A DNA stretch of 64,000 nucleotides, from positions 23,622,001-23,686,000 of the forward strand of contig OZ024758.1 in assembly GCA_964016885.1 (NCBI GenBank), in the 5' to 3' direction. Positions 38,149 through 50,677 of this stretch are shown here, piece after piece (position 1 is the stretch's first letter; each line of letters starts with the position of its first letter). Position numbers and translations under genes: made by a program. The DNA is from Eledone cirrhosa (lineage: Eukaryota). Under the pieces are notes generated by a model, which worked only from the letters and a program-made list of their open reading frames with translations, was not told the DNA's origin and searched no databases.

Positions 38149-41100
38149 ACACAGGCTGATATCTTTTTAAAATAAAATGCTAGGACACTAGAGCCCTTGT
38201 CTTTCCTTTCTTTTCCCGTTTTTATATTTTCTTATTTGACAATCCATTCTTTCTTCTCAATCTATTTTTTTCTTTTGTATAGACTTTGTTACAAGAAAAT
38301 AAGGAAAACTTAATGAAAAAAAAAAATAAAAGTACAGTGGAAAGACAGTTTAATGAATAAAATAAAATATCATTTAAGTTTAATGAATAAAATAAAATAA
38401 CATTTAATAAAAAAAATAAAAGCAAAGAAGAAAGTGAAATAATTATAAAATAAAACAATCAAAGAAAATTAGTTTGAAATCAGATTTTTTGGTGGAAAGA
38501 GAGAGAAATAAGAATTCGTGGCGCCCCATGGCGATCATAATATCGTTAGTTCGGTTCCTGGACAGGGTGCTGTGTTGTGTCCTTGAGTAAAACATTTTAT
38601 TTCACGTTGACCATATGTTAGTAAGGTCATGTTTTTAATTTCTTTCTTAGTCTCGCATTGAAAAGGTTGAGCTAATAATTGTTTCTACTTTAGGCACAAG
38701 GCCAGCAATTTTGGGGGATCGGAAAGTCGATTAAATCGACCCTAGTACGTTACTGTTACTTTATTTTATTAACTCCGTAAGGATGAAAGGCAAAGCTAAC
38801 CTCGACGGGATTTGAACTTGAGCAATATCTTATAAAAACAAAACACACTATTAAAAGAAACATGGTGAGTGGATTGGCAGTATCGGTAGAGGGTCGGACG
38901 CCATGCTTTGACGCATAGAGTTACGGCCCTTGCCATTCTGAGTTCAAATCCCGCGGAGGTTAACTTTGCCTTTCATCCTTACGGGATCGATAAAATAAAG
39001 TACCAATAATGTACTGGGTAATTGCTGGCCTTGTGCCAAAAGTAGAAACAACTATTAAAAGGAACAAAAAAAAAAAAAGGAAGATTAAAAAGGAAATGAA
39101 ACGAAATAGAAAACAAAGAAAAAGCGGATCAAGCAACGAAAAAGAAGGGTGTGTGTGTGTGTATATTAGCAGACGACATTTGTAAAGCTAGAGGTAAACT
39201 TTTGCTGAACAGGCTTTGCCATTTGATTTTTTTTTTACCCGAAACCACATTACTTATGTTGTTGATACCTTTAGTAAAGGCATTTATACTTCTTAAACTT
39301 TTTTTTATCGAAAATGTTGACTGTCTCACGTTCCTCCCCTAACCTCCAAGATATTCTTTTATTAGTGTCATGTTTGTTTTTGTAAGTAATCCCTTTTACT
39401 TTTTAATTCGTTCCAAGTTCATTCTTCCGAAACCACAAGAACTATTCACCTTTGTTTGGTCGATGCACCCACCCCTTCAGTTCCATATCAGCCAACTACG
39501 GTAGTAAATATGTGAGACAACTAAGTGAGTGACTGAAGCAATCTTCCTTCGAATGTCTCTTCATATATGTTTTATTCACAGTTGTAGAAAAAATATAATA
39601 ATGCAATGCTTACAGAACGAAAGCACAAACAAATATAATATATACAAAGGAAAGGGAAAGGAAGAGAAAAACTCCCATACATAAGCAGGTAATTCACACA
39701 TCTAGGACCAACGACCCGTTATCAGAGCAAAAGATAACAATATCGCGAGGAGCACTGGGACTACTCTCTATATCTCACACAACGAAAGTCTATACTCTCC
39801 CCCAAATTTTCAAACAAAGAACACAGCTAACACCATTTAGAGTAAGTCCCCATTGCTACTGAATTAGAGGATTTTATCCCAAACCACATTTCTAGACTAC
39901 TTAAAAAAAAAAAAAAATCACATCTTACAAGCTTTTGTGTTCCCCAAATAACAAAAGACCCTTTTGTTTCTTATCAGTAAAATATTTACAAATTGTGAAC
40001 CATTCCGAACTCTCTAGAATCTGAAGTCGTCTTATTGTGGGTCGAATGGTGGCACAAATGGTTGTGTTGAGTGTGGATTGCTGAGTGGTGTGGTCACTGT
40101 TATGGCCAATTTGACAGTATAAGATAATGCAAAAGGAACTCTATTGGAAAGAATATCAAATTGCTGCTACAGGCTAACTGTTGGGAGTTCTACCAATTTC
40201 TTGTTGACTAACTCTAACAGCAAATGCGTTCCATCTCCAATTTATTTGAAACAGCTATGTAAGTGGCAGAAGCCATCCATCAAAGTATGTTCAACCACAT
40301 TCATCCCATAACCGAATCACATAACCTATTATCATCCTCTAGTTCACTCGCAGTTTTATATTTCAATAGTACAGACGTTAAACACTGTCTACAATACTTG
40401 GAGGAAACAACCCCTCCCCACCACAACTTAATGGCGTTTACTCTCTAATACAAAACCTAAATAATAACCAAATGATATTTTCGTACATTGCACACAACCC
40501 ACAAGCTCTTCGCTCTCAGAAATTGCTAACAGGGATCTCACAAACTTTACAGAATCTTCTTATCTCATCACTCTAGAACTAACATTTAAGTTCCGCTCAA
40601 AAGGCTACGATATTTGCTGTCAACTTTTCTTCCTATGTATCTTTTCATACATTCACAAAACACACACAATCCCTTCCCAAAATGTCATTATCCACTCCAT
40701 CTGTCTCGATATTACGTACACTCACAGTCACCAAGTTTGAACACATTTCCATATACTTGACTTTAACCAGGCGACCAAACTCAACAGTATCATATCCCAT
40801 TTGTCTCAAACAACGAACGAATTCTTGAGCCAGATTCTATCTTTGTGAAACATTTTGCTATTACTCTCTATGTCTATGGAAACACTACAGAAGGACAGCG
40901 CTGGATTTTTACCTCCGAGGCCTAAAGCTGTATGAAATTTGAGGACCTTCTCTAAAAGAATTTAGGTAAAAAAAATTAAAAATAATCATACATTATTATT
41001 TATTAATCCCGCTGAGGTTGACTTTGCCTTTCATCCTTACGGGGTCGATAAAATAAAGTACCAGTAATGCACTGGGTAATTGCTGGCCTTGTGCCTAAAG

Positions 41101-41879
41101 TAGAAACAATTATTTATTAATGATTGTAAAATTGAATTAGTTTCAAAATGTTCCTTTTAATTAATTAATTGATATATTTCGTTTGCCGCATATAAAAAAA
41201 GATATTTTTTTAAATGAGGCCCCCGAGGGTGTGTGGTCCCACGTTACAGCACTGGCGAAGAAGGGTAACTACGTAGATCATGCAAACCATCTAACTATCG
41301 CTCACACCCATATCTGAAAGGTAAATGAAATGATCACAAACCAAGCCTTCAGGCGCTAAGGGAAACTTGTTGAATAATCTTAGTTTTGTTAGTTAAAAAA
41401 TTATATCAGCAATGATTTAAAATAATTTGTTTCAATATACCTGTTCTTTGGTTTTTACTATATTGATTTTCTATTGATTTTAGATATGTTAATATGATCA
41501 TGGTTTTAATTTCTTTCTTACTCTCGTATTGGTGATAAAAAAGCGTGAGATAATAATTGTTTCTATTTTAGGCACAAGGCCAGCAATTACCCAGTACATT
41601 ACTGGTACTTAATACACAGATACAGTATATATACATAAGACCCTCCTGTCCCGAAACTCTGCAACTAATACACCTGTACAGTATATACATACTTAAGCCC
41701 TCCCCTCAATTCCAAAACTGTAACGGAAGCTCTGCAAACGACCATATCTTTTATCAGTTTGTCTCTCTCTTCTCGTTAAATGACCACCAATACATTTTTT
41801 ATAGTCATTTCTACACCATTCACTAATAACCTTTTGCTTTTGAGAACTTTGAAAGTTTTTTTCGTTCGATCACTTCATT

Positions 41880-42180
41880 GCAATGTGCTCCCGTCTCACT
41901 AGAAACTCTGGGGTACTTCAGAGTTCGGTTATGTCCCTTATATTTTCTTTCTCTATATCAATGATACACACTCCTACGACAAATGAAGGTATTCTTCTCA
42001 TTTCTTTACTCTTTCATACACAACCGTTATTTTCACGACGTAGGCACTTCCATGTAGAGCGATCTTGAAATTACTATACACAAGGAAATTGTTTTCTACC
42101 ATATCTCCTCTACACACGAATATCACTTAGAGCTGCCACAAATGCTCGGATTCATGTTTTTTTAAAATGAGTTTTGACAA
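41880..42180 (+). pseudogene. Highly degenerate non-LTR reverse transcriptase remnant
   Basis: SGVLQSSVMSLIF...(Y)IND resembles GVPQGSVLSP.LF.LYIND with frameshifts. Confidence 0.5.
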
Positions 42181-42962
42181 ATTCTGCTACATAACATTAT
42201 CAAACAGCCCTGAATTAATCCAAGCATGTGCTTAGGGTCTCAAGTAAAGAGGAGCCCCCATATTTTTTTTCCAGGTCCAGCTCTACAATGGACCATGGTG
42301 CAATGTTGCAGCTGAACCAGGGCTCAAAAGAGGGGGGGGGGGGGTCTCATAATTTTTTTTCACTGCTTCGGGCTTCAAAAGGATTAATCCGGCCATGTTA
42401 CTAAACTAGATTAAAAAAAAAACAGGCTTCCTGTCCAGGGCCAGAAAACACTCTATTCTTTCTTCTTCTTTATCTTTAGAAGAAATCGGTTGTGTTACGA
42501 CCTGGAGAAGGATGCGCTTCATCAAGTTTTTTTAAATGTCCAAGATACGCTGTGTGTCATGACGGCGTCTCTACGACTTCGTCTAATGTTAAGGGCTAAA
42601 AAGAAAGAAAAAGATTAAACGGTCTGTGGGAATCGAACTCAGAATATAAAGAGACTCAACTCAATACAAGTTTGTGTTTGGTACTTTCCATATTTTATCA
42701 AAACTAAAAGCTGCGAGGAAATGTTGAAAAATAGCAAGAAAAGAAAACAAGTGTTTTTATAAAATATAGAAAACATTGTTCCTAACAAAATAATAAAATA
42801 AATGCCATAGCTAAAAACAAGGGAAACAACTCTCGAACGTTAAAAACTTAACCGAGACTACGACACGATATTGATTTAACACGACACTGATATTTCTAGA
42901 GTTGCTATAAACTCACACAATTAAGACACACAGACACACACACACACTCACACAAATACACA

Positions 42963-43001
<39 letters not shown>

Positions 43002-43452
43002 ACACTCACACACACTCTCACACACACACACACACACACTCACACACACACTCACACACACACTCACACACACACTCACACACACACTCACACACACACA
43101 CTCACACACACACAGACACTCTCACACACACACAGACACACACAGTAAGGATGATCATTTGCCTTTTATCCTTACGGGGTCGATAAAATAAAGTACCAGT
43201 AATGCACTGGGTAATTGCTGGCCTTGTGCCTAAAGTAGAAACAATTATAATATCTATTGGCAGTATCGGTAGAGGGTCGGACGCCATGCTTTGCAGCAAA
43301 GAGTTACGGCCCTTTATGGTCTGAGTTCAAATCCCGCCGAGGTTAACTTTGCCTTTCATCCTTACGGGGGGTCGATAAAATAAAGTACCAGTAATACACT
43401 GGGGTAATTGCTGGCCTTGTGCCCAAAGTAGAAACAATTATATTATCTACAC

Positions 43453-44724
43453 CAGGTATGGGCAACCTTTTGGGAGCAGTGTGCCGTATAGGACGTGGCA
43501 CATCATAAGGTAGGCCGCATAGGACGTGGCACATCATAAGGTAGGCCGCATAGGACGTGGCTCATCATAAGGTAGGCCGCATAGGACGTGGCACATCATA
43601 AGGTAGGCGCGCATAGGACGTGGCACATCATAAGGTAGGCCGCATAGGACGTGGCTCATAAGGTAGGCCGTATAGGACGTGGCTCATCATAAGGTAGACC
43701 GTATAGGACGTGGCACATCATAAGGTAGGCCGCATAGGACGTGGCACATCATAAGGTAGCCGCGCATAGGACGTGGCACATCATAAGGTAGGCCGCATAG
43801 GACGTGACTCATCATAAGGTAGGCCGCATAGGACGTGGCTCATAAGGTAGGCCGTATAGGACGTGGCTCATAAGGTAGGCCGTATAGGACGTGGCTCATA
43901 AGGTAGGCCGTATAGGACGTGGCTCATCATAAGGTAGGCCGTATAGGACGTGGCTCATAAGGTAGGCCGTATAGGACGTGGCTCATCATAAGGTAGGCCG
44001 TATAGGACGTGGCTCATCATAAGGTAGGCCGTATAGGACGTGGCACATCATAAGGTAGGCCGCATAGGACGTGACTCATCATAAGGTAGGCCGCATAGGA
44101 CGTGGCTCATAAGGTAGGCCGTATAGGACGTGGCTCATAAGGTAGGCCGTATAGGACGTGGCTCATCATAAGGTAGGCCGTATAGGACGTGGCTCATAAG
44201 GTAGGCCGTATAGGACGTGGCTCATCATAAGGTAGGCCGTATAGGACGTGGCTCATAAGGTAGGCCGTATAGGACGTGGCTCATCATAAGGTAGGCCGTA
44301 TAGGACGTGGCTCATAAGGTAGGCCGTATAGGACGTGGCTCATCATAAGGTAGGCCGTATAGGACGTGGCTCATAAGGTAGGCCGTATAGGACGTGGCTC
44401 ATCATAAGGTAGGCCGTATAGGACGTGGCTCATCATAAGGTAGACCGTATAGGACGTGGCTCATCATAAGGTGGCGCGCATAGGACGTGGCTCATCATAA
44501 GGTAGGCCGTATAGGACGTGGCACATCATAATGTAGGCCGTATAGGACGTGGCTCATCATAAGGTAGGCCGTATAGGACGTGGCTCATCATAAGGTAGAC
44601 CGTATAGGACGTGGCTCATAAGGTAGGCCGTATAGGACGTGGCTCATCATAAGCTGGGCCGCACTACTAAAAAATTCAAGGCCTTTCAGAAATCCAAACG
44701 GGCCGCAGTTTGGGCCCACGACTG
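43453..44724. mobile_element. hAT-type MITE with a 33/36-bp minisatellite (about 33 units, 43485-44665)
   Basis: CAGGTATGGGCAAC ... GCCCACGACTG; degenerate TSD ATCTACAC/ATTTACAT; unit gccgtataggacgtggct(cat)cataaggtag. Confidence 0.75.
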
Positions 44725-44957
44725 ATTTACATTCTACTTTCATAAGTAGAAAATACTAAGTTAAATAATTGTTTCTACTTTTGGCAATTATCCCAGTGTA
44801 TTACTGGTACTTTATTTTATCGACCCCGTAAGTTCAATAATGGTCTTATTGGTCTTAACTAGTAACCTACCCACCCTCTCTTTGTGATATAGAATGGTTT
44901 TCTGTAGAGGAATAGAAAGGGACCACAGATAAATAAAGTACTATATACCTATACACC

Positions 44958-45212
44958 AGAGGAGACTGAGGTTAGCTGGACATGCTCACCGACATCCAGA
45001 GTTGACATTGCACTCAGTGCTCCTTTGGGAGCCCCTACATGGACACACTAGAAGAGGAAGACCAAGGTTAACGTATGTTGATGCCCTAAGGACAGACACT
45101 GGTCTATTGGAGACGCAGGACATGGCAGCGATAATGAGGGACAGAGACCGCTGGAGAGAACTCGTCCATGGATCTCGGGAATTTTACCCGCCTTAGAATA
45201 GAATAGAATAGA
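44958..45212 (+). mobile_element. RTE LINE 3' fragment with (TAGAA)n tail
   Basis: RLRLAGHAHRHPE...LLWEPLHGHTRRGRPRLTYVDALRTDTGL. Confidence 0.8.
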
Positions 45213-46597
45213 ATATATACACACATACACGCACACACGCACACACACACTCATACACATACACACTCATACACATACACACTCACATACACATACATAC
45301 ACACACTCACACATACCACACTCACCGCACACACACGCACCAAACACTCACACATATACTCTCACACACACCAAACACTCACACATATACACTCACACAC
45401 ACATACACAAACTCACCACACACATATTCACATACATACATATACAGGGTCTCCCAAACAATGTATGCACAGTTTGATTACCTGTACAGACAATTTTTAT
45501 TAAAATGCTGTTGAAGTGTGTATACATTTTTTGGGGACACCCTGTTTATTTTGTTATTTCTGTTTACCTTTTAAATACATTGATATATATATATATATAT
45601 ATGGTGAAGGCGTGTGGCTGAGTGGTTAGAGAATTGGATTCGCAATCGTAAGGTTGTGAGTTCGATTCCTGGACCAGGCGATGCGTTATGTCCTTGAGCA
45701 AGACACTTTATTTCACGTTGCACCTTCTACCTGGAGTTGCGACCGATAGATAGTATTAGCAATTGGAAAGACCAACGGAAACATTGTTCCCTCGGTCCGA
45801 TTTGACGAAAGTCGATCGTTCCTATATATATAAAAATCATACACAAAACGCCAACATCAACAGTTTCCCAAGAGATGTCAACATGAATGGACCTACTATT
45901 TTTATCTAAAAACATTTTCTCCAATTCCACCCCGCCCGTCCCTTCAATCTATTTTATTTCTCGTTCTTTCTTCTGAAGGACTAGCGTCCGAAACGTAGAG
46001 ATCCTCTTCCTGCTATTTCAAGCGTTAACCTAATATATTCCTTCCATATACTGTACCGATTGTGTTGTTATTTCTGTTCACCTTTTACATACATCATACA
46101 CACACACACACACACGCGCACTAAAATTAGGTAAGTTCATTCCTGCACACGTAATAGGATCACTTAAGGGGATTCGTCTGGTATTTCCATCACAGACTTG
46201 TTGGTGATCTCTAGTAATCTCTTTTGTAATGACAATCTCTGTCGTATGTAATTTTACAGACGACATCTTGAGACCGTAATTACGTAGATTACGTTATCAG
46301 AGTTGCCGCTGGAAATTTCTTTTGCTCTGCTTCCACCTGATTGAAGGAGCATAGTTCAAGTTTGAAGATGGACAAAACTTGATAGTAAAAGAATATTTTA
46401 CCTGAAACTCTGAGAAGCTAATCTATGTGACAACATGCTGTGGATGTCTGCAGAATTACACAAGACCAGACGGGATAGTCATTAATGTAAAATAATGATG
46501 ATACGAGACCTCCAACAAATTTGTAATCAACATACCAGACATACCCCCTTAAGTAGTCACATTTTCTAAACGACACGCACGCGCACACATACACACA

Positions 46598-47004
46598 CAG
46601 GGTGTCCCCCCCCCCCCAAAAAAAAAATGTATACACACTTCAAAAGCATTCTAATAAATATGTGTATCAGATTTGTCAATTCTCCCCGACCGACAGGGGA
46701 GATCTCTCACCCACCTTGAGGTGGGTGAGAGATGTCTTCTCTTGTGAAAATGTGTATAGCTTTCATTATGTAAATTAAATCCCGCCGAGGTTGACTTTGC
46801 CTTTCATCCTTACGGGGTCGATAAAATAAAGTACCAGTAATGCACTGGGTAATTGTTGGCCTTGTGCCAAAAGTAGAAACAATTATGTAAAATTCCCCCA
46901 TTTTTCATCATTTCTCCCCGTTTTGCGACACTTTTTTCATGGTACTCTCCTTTGGAGTCTTTAGGGGTTGGCAGGTCTGGTGTATACATCTTTTGAACAC
47001 TCTG
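46598..47004. mobile_element. Tc1/mariner-type MITE containing a SINE fragment; short relative at 45446-45544
   Basis: CAGGGTGTCCCC..AAAAATGTATACAC / GTGTATACATCTTTTGAACACTCTG|TA. Confidence 0.6.
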
Positions 47005-47020
47005 TATATATATATATATA

Positions 47021-47194
47021 TTATTATTATGTAATAAACAACATAAGGCAATTATTCCATTTACCAGTGGTTTCTTAAAAGCAAAAGGTTTTGCTTTCAA
47101 TCCTTTTGGGAGGATTGAAAGCAAAACCTTTTGCTTTTAAGAAACCACTGGTAAATGGAATAATTGCCTTATGTTGTTTATTACATAATAATAA
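47021..47194. repeat. Perfect palindrome with 84-bp arms and a 6-nt loop, next to (TA)n
   Basis: 47021-47104 is the reverse complement of 47111-47194. Confidence 0.92.
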
Positions 47195-47500
47195 TAATTA
47201 AGCTCTGTTGCTTACATAGAGCACTCTTTTTTCCTGGACTTTTCCGATGGAATTACTTCATATATATATATATATATATATATGATTTTGTCATTTATTT
47301 TGTTTGACCTGTTTAGCTTGACTTGTTTTTTGGCTTAGGTGGTTAATGCCTTCTTGACCACTTTTTCAGTTTGTATGGCGTTTTAACATATGTTTAGCTC
47401 TGGTATTTTAACTATTGAGCGCTTGCCAGCATAACTCTCATTTTGCGTTTCGTTTCGCTTTTTCTACCCGCCGAAATGCGATTTTCGCTGAATTTATATT

Positions 47501-47552
<52 letters not shown>

Positions 47553-47553
<1 letters not shown>

Positions 47554-47846
47554 AGGAGGTGAGTTTTATTCTAGTACAATAAAGCAATGCAGATATCGGA
47601 TAAGTAGCACTCTACAGTTTGTAGGACTGGAGTATAAATAATATATAAGATCAAAAGATGGTTAAAAGAGTTCCATGTATTTTATTATGCGCATTTCAAA
47701 AACAAATATCATCATGCGATGACATTTGCGTTTTCGTCAGATAAAATAGGGAGACAATGTCATCGCATGATGATATTTGTTTTTGAAATGCGCATAATAA
47801 AATACATGGAACTCTTTTAACCATCTTTTGATCTTATATTATTTAT
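47553..47846 (-). mobile_element. Fold-back insert with ~93-bp inverted arms, carrying the complete hammerhead
   Basis: Arms 47633-47726 / 47755-47846; (TA)n on both sides. Confidence 0.8.
47678..47748 (-). ncRNA. Type I hammerhead ribozyme, complete core (Penelope-type short stem III)
   Basis: Minus strand reads TATTTTAT CTGACGA AAACGCAAATGTCATC gcat GATGATATTTGTTTTT GAAA TGCGCA TA ATAAAATA. This gives a perfect 8-bp stem I, a CUGAcGA core, a 16-position stem II (2 GU, 1 mismatch), GAAA, a palindromic short stem III and an AUA cleavage triplet. Confidence 0.85.
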
Positions 47847-48178
47847 ATATATATATATATATATGTTGTTCCAAAAAATGAATACACCAAACCTGCAAAC
47901 CTCTAAAAACCCAAACGGGGAGTAACATATATAAGGATCTGTTTCAGGTAATAGCCATATGTTTAATAATTGTCGTCATCCAGACTCAATGTAAACACCT
48001 GACACCAGGAGGTATACATCCACTTCCACTTCATGAGACCTTCGGGTCACCTTTTAAGGGGAACATGATAAACTTATCTCTTTCAACAGTCCAATAAATA
48101 CCCAATCACTTCACATATCAAGGAAACAGTCTTGTACCCTACATTTACTAGCCATGAACAATACACAATTAAAACCCT

Positions 48179-48694
48179 TCACTATATATATAAAACCGAG
48201 GATGTCTGTCTGTCTGTGTGTGTGTGAGTTTGAATCCCTAAAACTCGAGAAGCACCCAACCGACTGTTTTCAAAATTTACACATGTAATACTTATGTTTC
48301 AGGGAGTGTTCTGAGAAAATTTCAAATTTTCAATGCCCTAGGGACCGCATTAGGCGATTTAGCGATCTCTCTCTATAATTCTTAGTCTTTCTCTTTTTAG
48401 ATAGATACATACATATAACGTCGCGCCCTTATAATATCTGTCTGTATGTCTGGCTGTCTGCTGCCTCCGCTAATTTTGCCACCCTTGCTCAAGACAAATC
48501 TCACACTCATTCCCCAAACATTTGGTAAGTGCACACAACTTCTTCCTCGCATTTTAAGCCACAGTGTTGCTTACTTACGTACCACCAGACCCTTACTTCT
48601 TTGCCAGCCGTGGTAGTGGCAATACTAAGCTTAGCTAAGGCGGTTATATATTTCACAATACCTTATCCCGTGCAACGCCGGGTACCACTGCTAG
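48179..48694 (+). mobile_element. Non-autonomous Helitron-like element
   Basis: 5' TC-actatatatataaaa, then (GTCT)n; 3' GC hairpin CCCGTGCAACGCCGGG about 8 nt before terminal CTAG followed by T; no TIR or TSD seen. Confidence 0.7.
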
Positions 48695-49031
48695 TTAGTA
48701 ATAAATATTATAAATATCTCTTAATATCTGATGATCTCTCATGGTAACCTAACATTGTTAAAATTGCTCCAATAAAGACTAGAAAGCTTCTGTAGAGTTA
48801 GGAAATACCTTAAGCTCTAAACAGTTACTAAACCAGCACCAAAGCACAGACATCCTATACCTCATTCAAAAGGTCATTCGACTAATTGTAAAATATTTAA
48901 TCTCCAATACATTTCAACTACAAGTTCACGTATATGTTGTTTCTTATCTCTGTCTTTTCTGTCATACAATCATGGCCTCTGCTCCTCAAATATCTATTGG
49001 AATACTCTTTCCAACCATAACCACTACCACT

Positions 49032-49742
49032 CACTGCTCGTACCTTCTGCTATTTGTATCATTGTAGAGTCTCCTCTCATGCCACACACTGCTCGTACCT
49101 TCTGCTACTTGTATCATTGTAGAGTCTCCTCTCATGCCACACACTGCTCGTACCTTCTGCTATTTGTATCATTGTAGAGTCTCCTCTCATGCCACACACT
49201 GCTCGTACCTTCTGCTACTTGTATCATTGTAGAGTCTCCTCTCATGCCACACACTGCTCGTACCTTCTGCTACTTGTATCATTGTAGAGTCTCCTCTCAT
49301 GCCACACACTGCTCGTACCTTCTGCTATTTGTATCATTGTAGAGTCTCCTCTCATGCCACACACTGCTCGTACCTTCTGCTACTTGTATCATTGTAGAGT
49401 CTCCTCTCATGCCACACACTGCTCGTACCTTCTGCTATTTGTATCATTGTAGAGTCTCCTCTCATGCCACACACTGCTCGTACCTTCTGCTACTTGTATC
49501 ATTGTAGAGTCTCCTCTCATGCCACACACTGCTCGTACCTTCTGCTATTTGTATCATTGTAGAGTCTCCTCTCATGCCACACACTGCTCGTACCTTCTGC
49601 TACTTGTATCATTGTAGAGTCTCCTCTCATGCCACACACTGCTCGTACCTTCTGCTATTTGTATCATTGTAGAGTCTCCTCTCATGCCACACACTGCTCG
49701 TACCTTCTGCTATTTGTATCATTGTAGAGTCTCCTCTCATGC
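49032..49742. repeat. 57-bp minisatellite, about 12.5 near-identical units
   Basis: Unit cactgctcgtaccttctgcta(t/c)ttgtatcattgtagagtctcctctcatgccaca. Confidence 0.95.
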
Positions 49743-49929
49743 TAGACATAATATCAAATACTTAAAACAATCCTTTCCTATCTAGAATTACAACCATATA
49801 GATTTCCTTCCTCGCTTACGTTTTTCATACAAGCAGCGACTTGGCAAATAAATAAATAGCACGGAATACTTGATAGGTAACTTAGATAGATAAACAGACA
49901 GGTAAGGAAGGAGATCAATTAATCTATTA

Positions 49930-49981
<52 letters not shown>

Positions 49982-49986
<5 letters not shown>

Positions 49987-50330
49987 AACGAGTAGGACCC
50001 CGACGCCTGAGCTCAAGCCGTCGAAACGGCTTGAGCTCAGGCGTCGGGGTCCTACTCGTTCCTATTACCCACTCTACTACCCTAAGTATTGAGTACTTTG
50101 GTGCGTTATGGTCCATCTGGTTCCTTACCACAATTCCTTCGTTATATATATATATATAACGAAGGAAGTGTGGTAAGGAACCAGATGGACAATAACGCAC
50201 CAGAGTACTCAATACTTAGGGTAGTAGAGTGGGTAATAGGAAAATGTTTCGACGGCTATTTCTGGACTGCAGTCCAGAAATAGCCGTCAAAAGGGCTTGA
50301 GCTCTGCCGTCGGGGTTAAACATTTTCCTA
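49982..50330. mobile_element. Two fold-back inserts tail-to-tail around a (TA)n tract
   Basis: Nested palindromes: 49982-50065, 50060-50242 centred on (TA)n at ~50143-50158, and a hairpin at 50250-50288. Confidence 0.78.
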
Positions 50331-50677
50331 TACATATATATATATATATATATATATAGTGTGTGTGTGTGTGTGTACAAACTACGGTTGTCACTCGCAA
50401 ATAAGGATAACTTGGTAGCATGTAGCAGAGACAAATACATTTGACATCCATTCCTTGTTTCAAGGAATATGTGGCTGCAACAGGGGTTAAGATTGCAATA
50501 GCACTAGGCTGGTACTTTCTTTATCGACCCCAAAAGACTGTAAGGTGGGATTTGAACACACAGCGCAGAGTGTCGGAACAAACCCTACAACTTCTTCTAT
50601 TCGACAGTCTGACAATTCAGCCAATCTTCTATCCATCTGTATATCTGTCACTCTGTCTGTCTATTTATCTATCTAAA

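Noticed and set aside
39600-40900. CA-rich stretch possibly from an old LINE ORF
   Set aside because: No motif clear enough to assign a family.
43485-44665. 33/36-bp array superficially like a CRISPR repeat
   Set aside because: No unique spacers, no cas genes, eukaryotic context; it is a head-to-tail minisatellite inside a MITE.
45969-46001. Second copy of the minimal hammerhead
   Set aside because: Core reads CTGAAGGA with 3 nt missing relative to the 13011 copy; unlikely to be active.
46262-46305. Minus-strand CTGATAA plus hairpin, hammerhead-like
   Set aside because: Core mutated and no GAAA after the hairpin; too degenerate to call.
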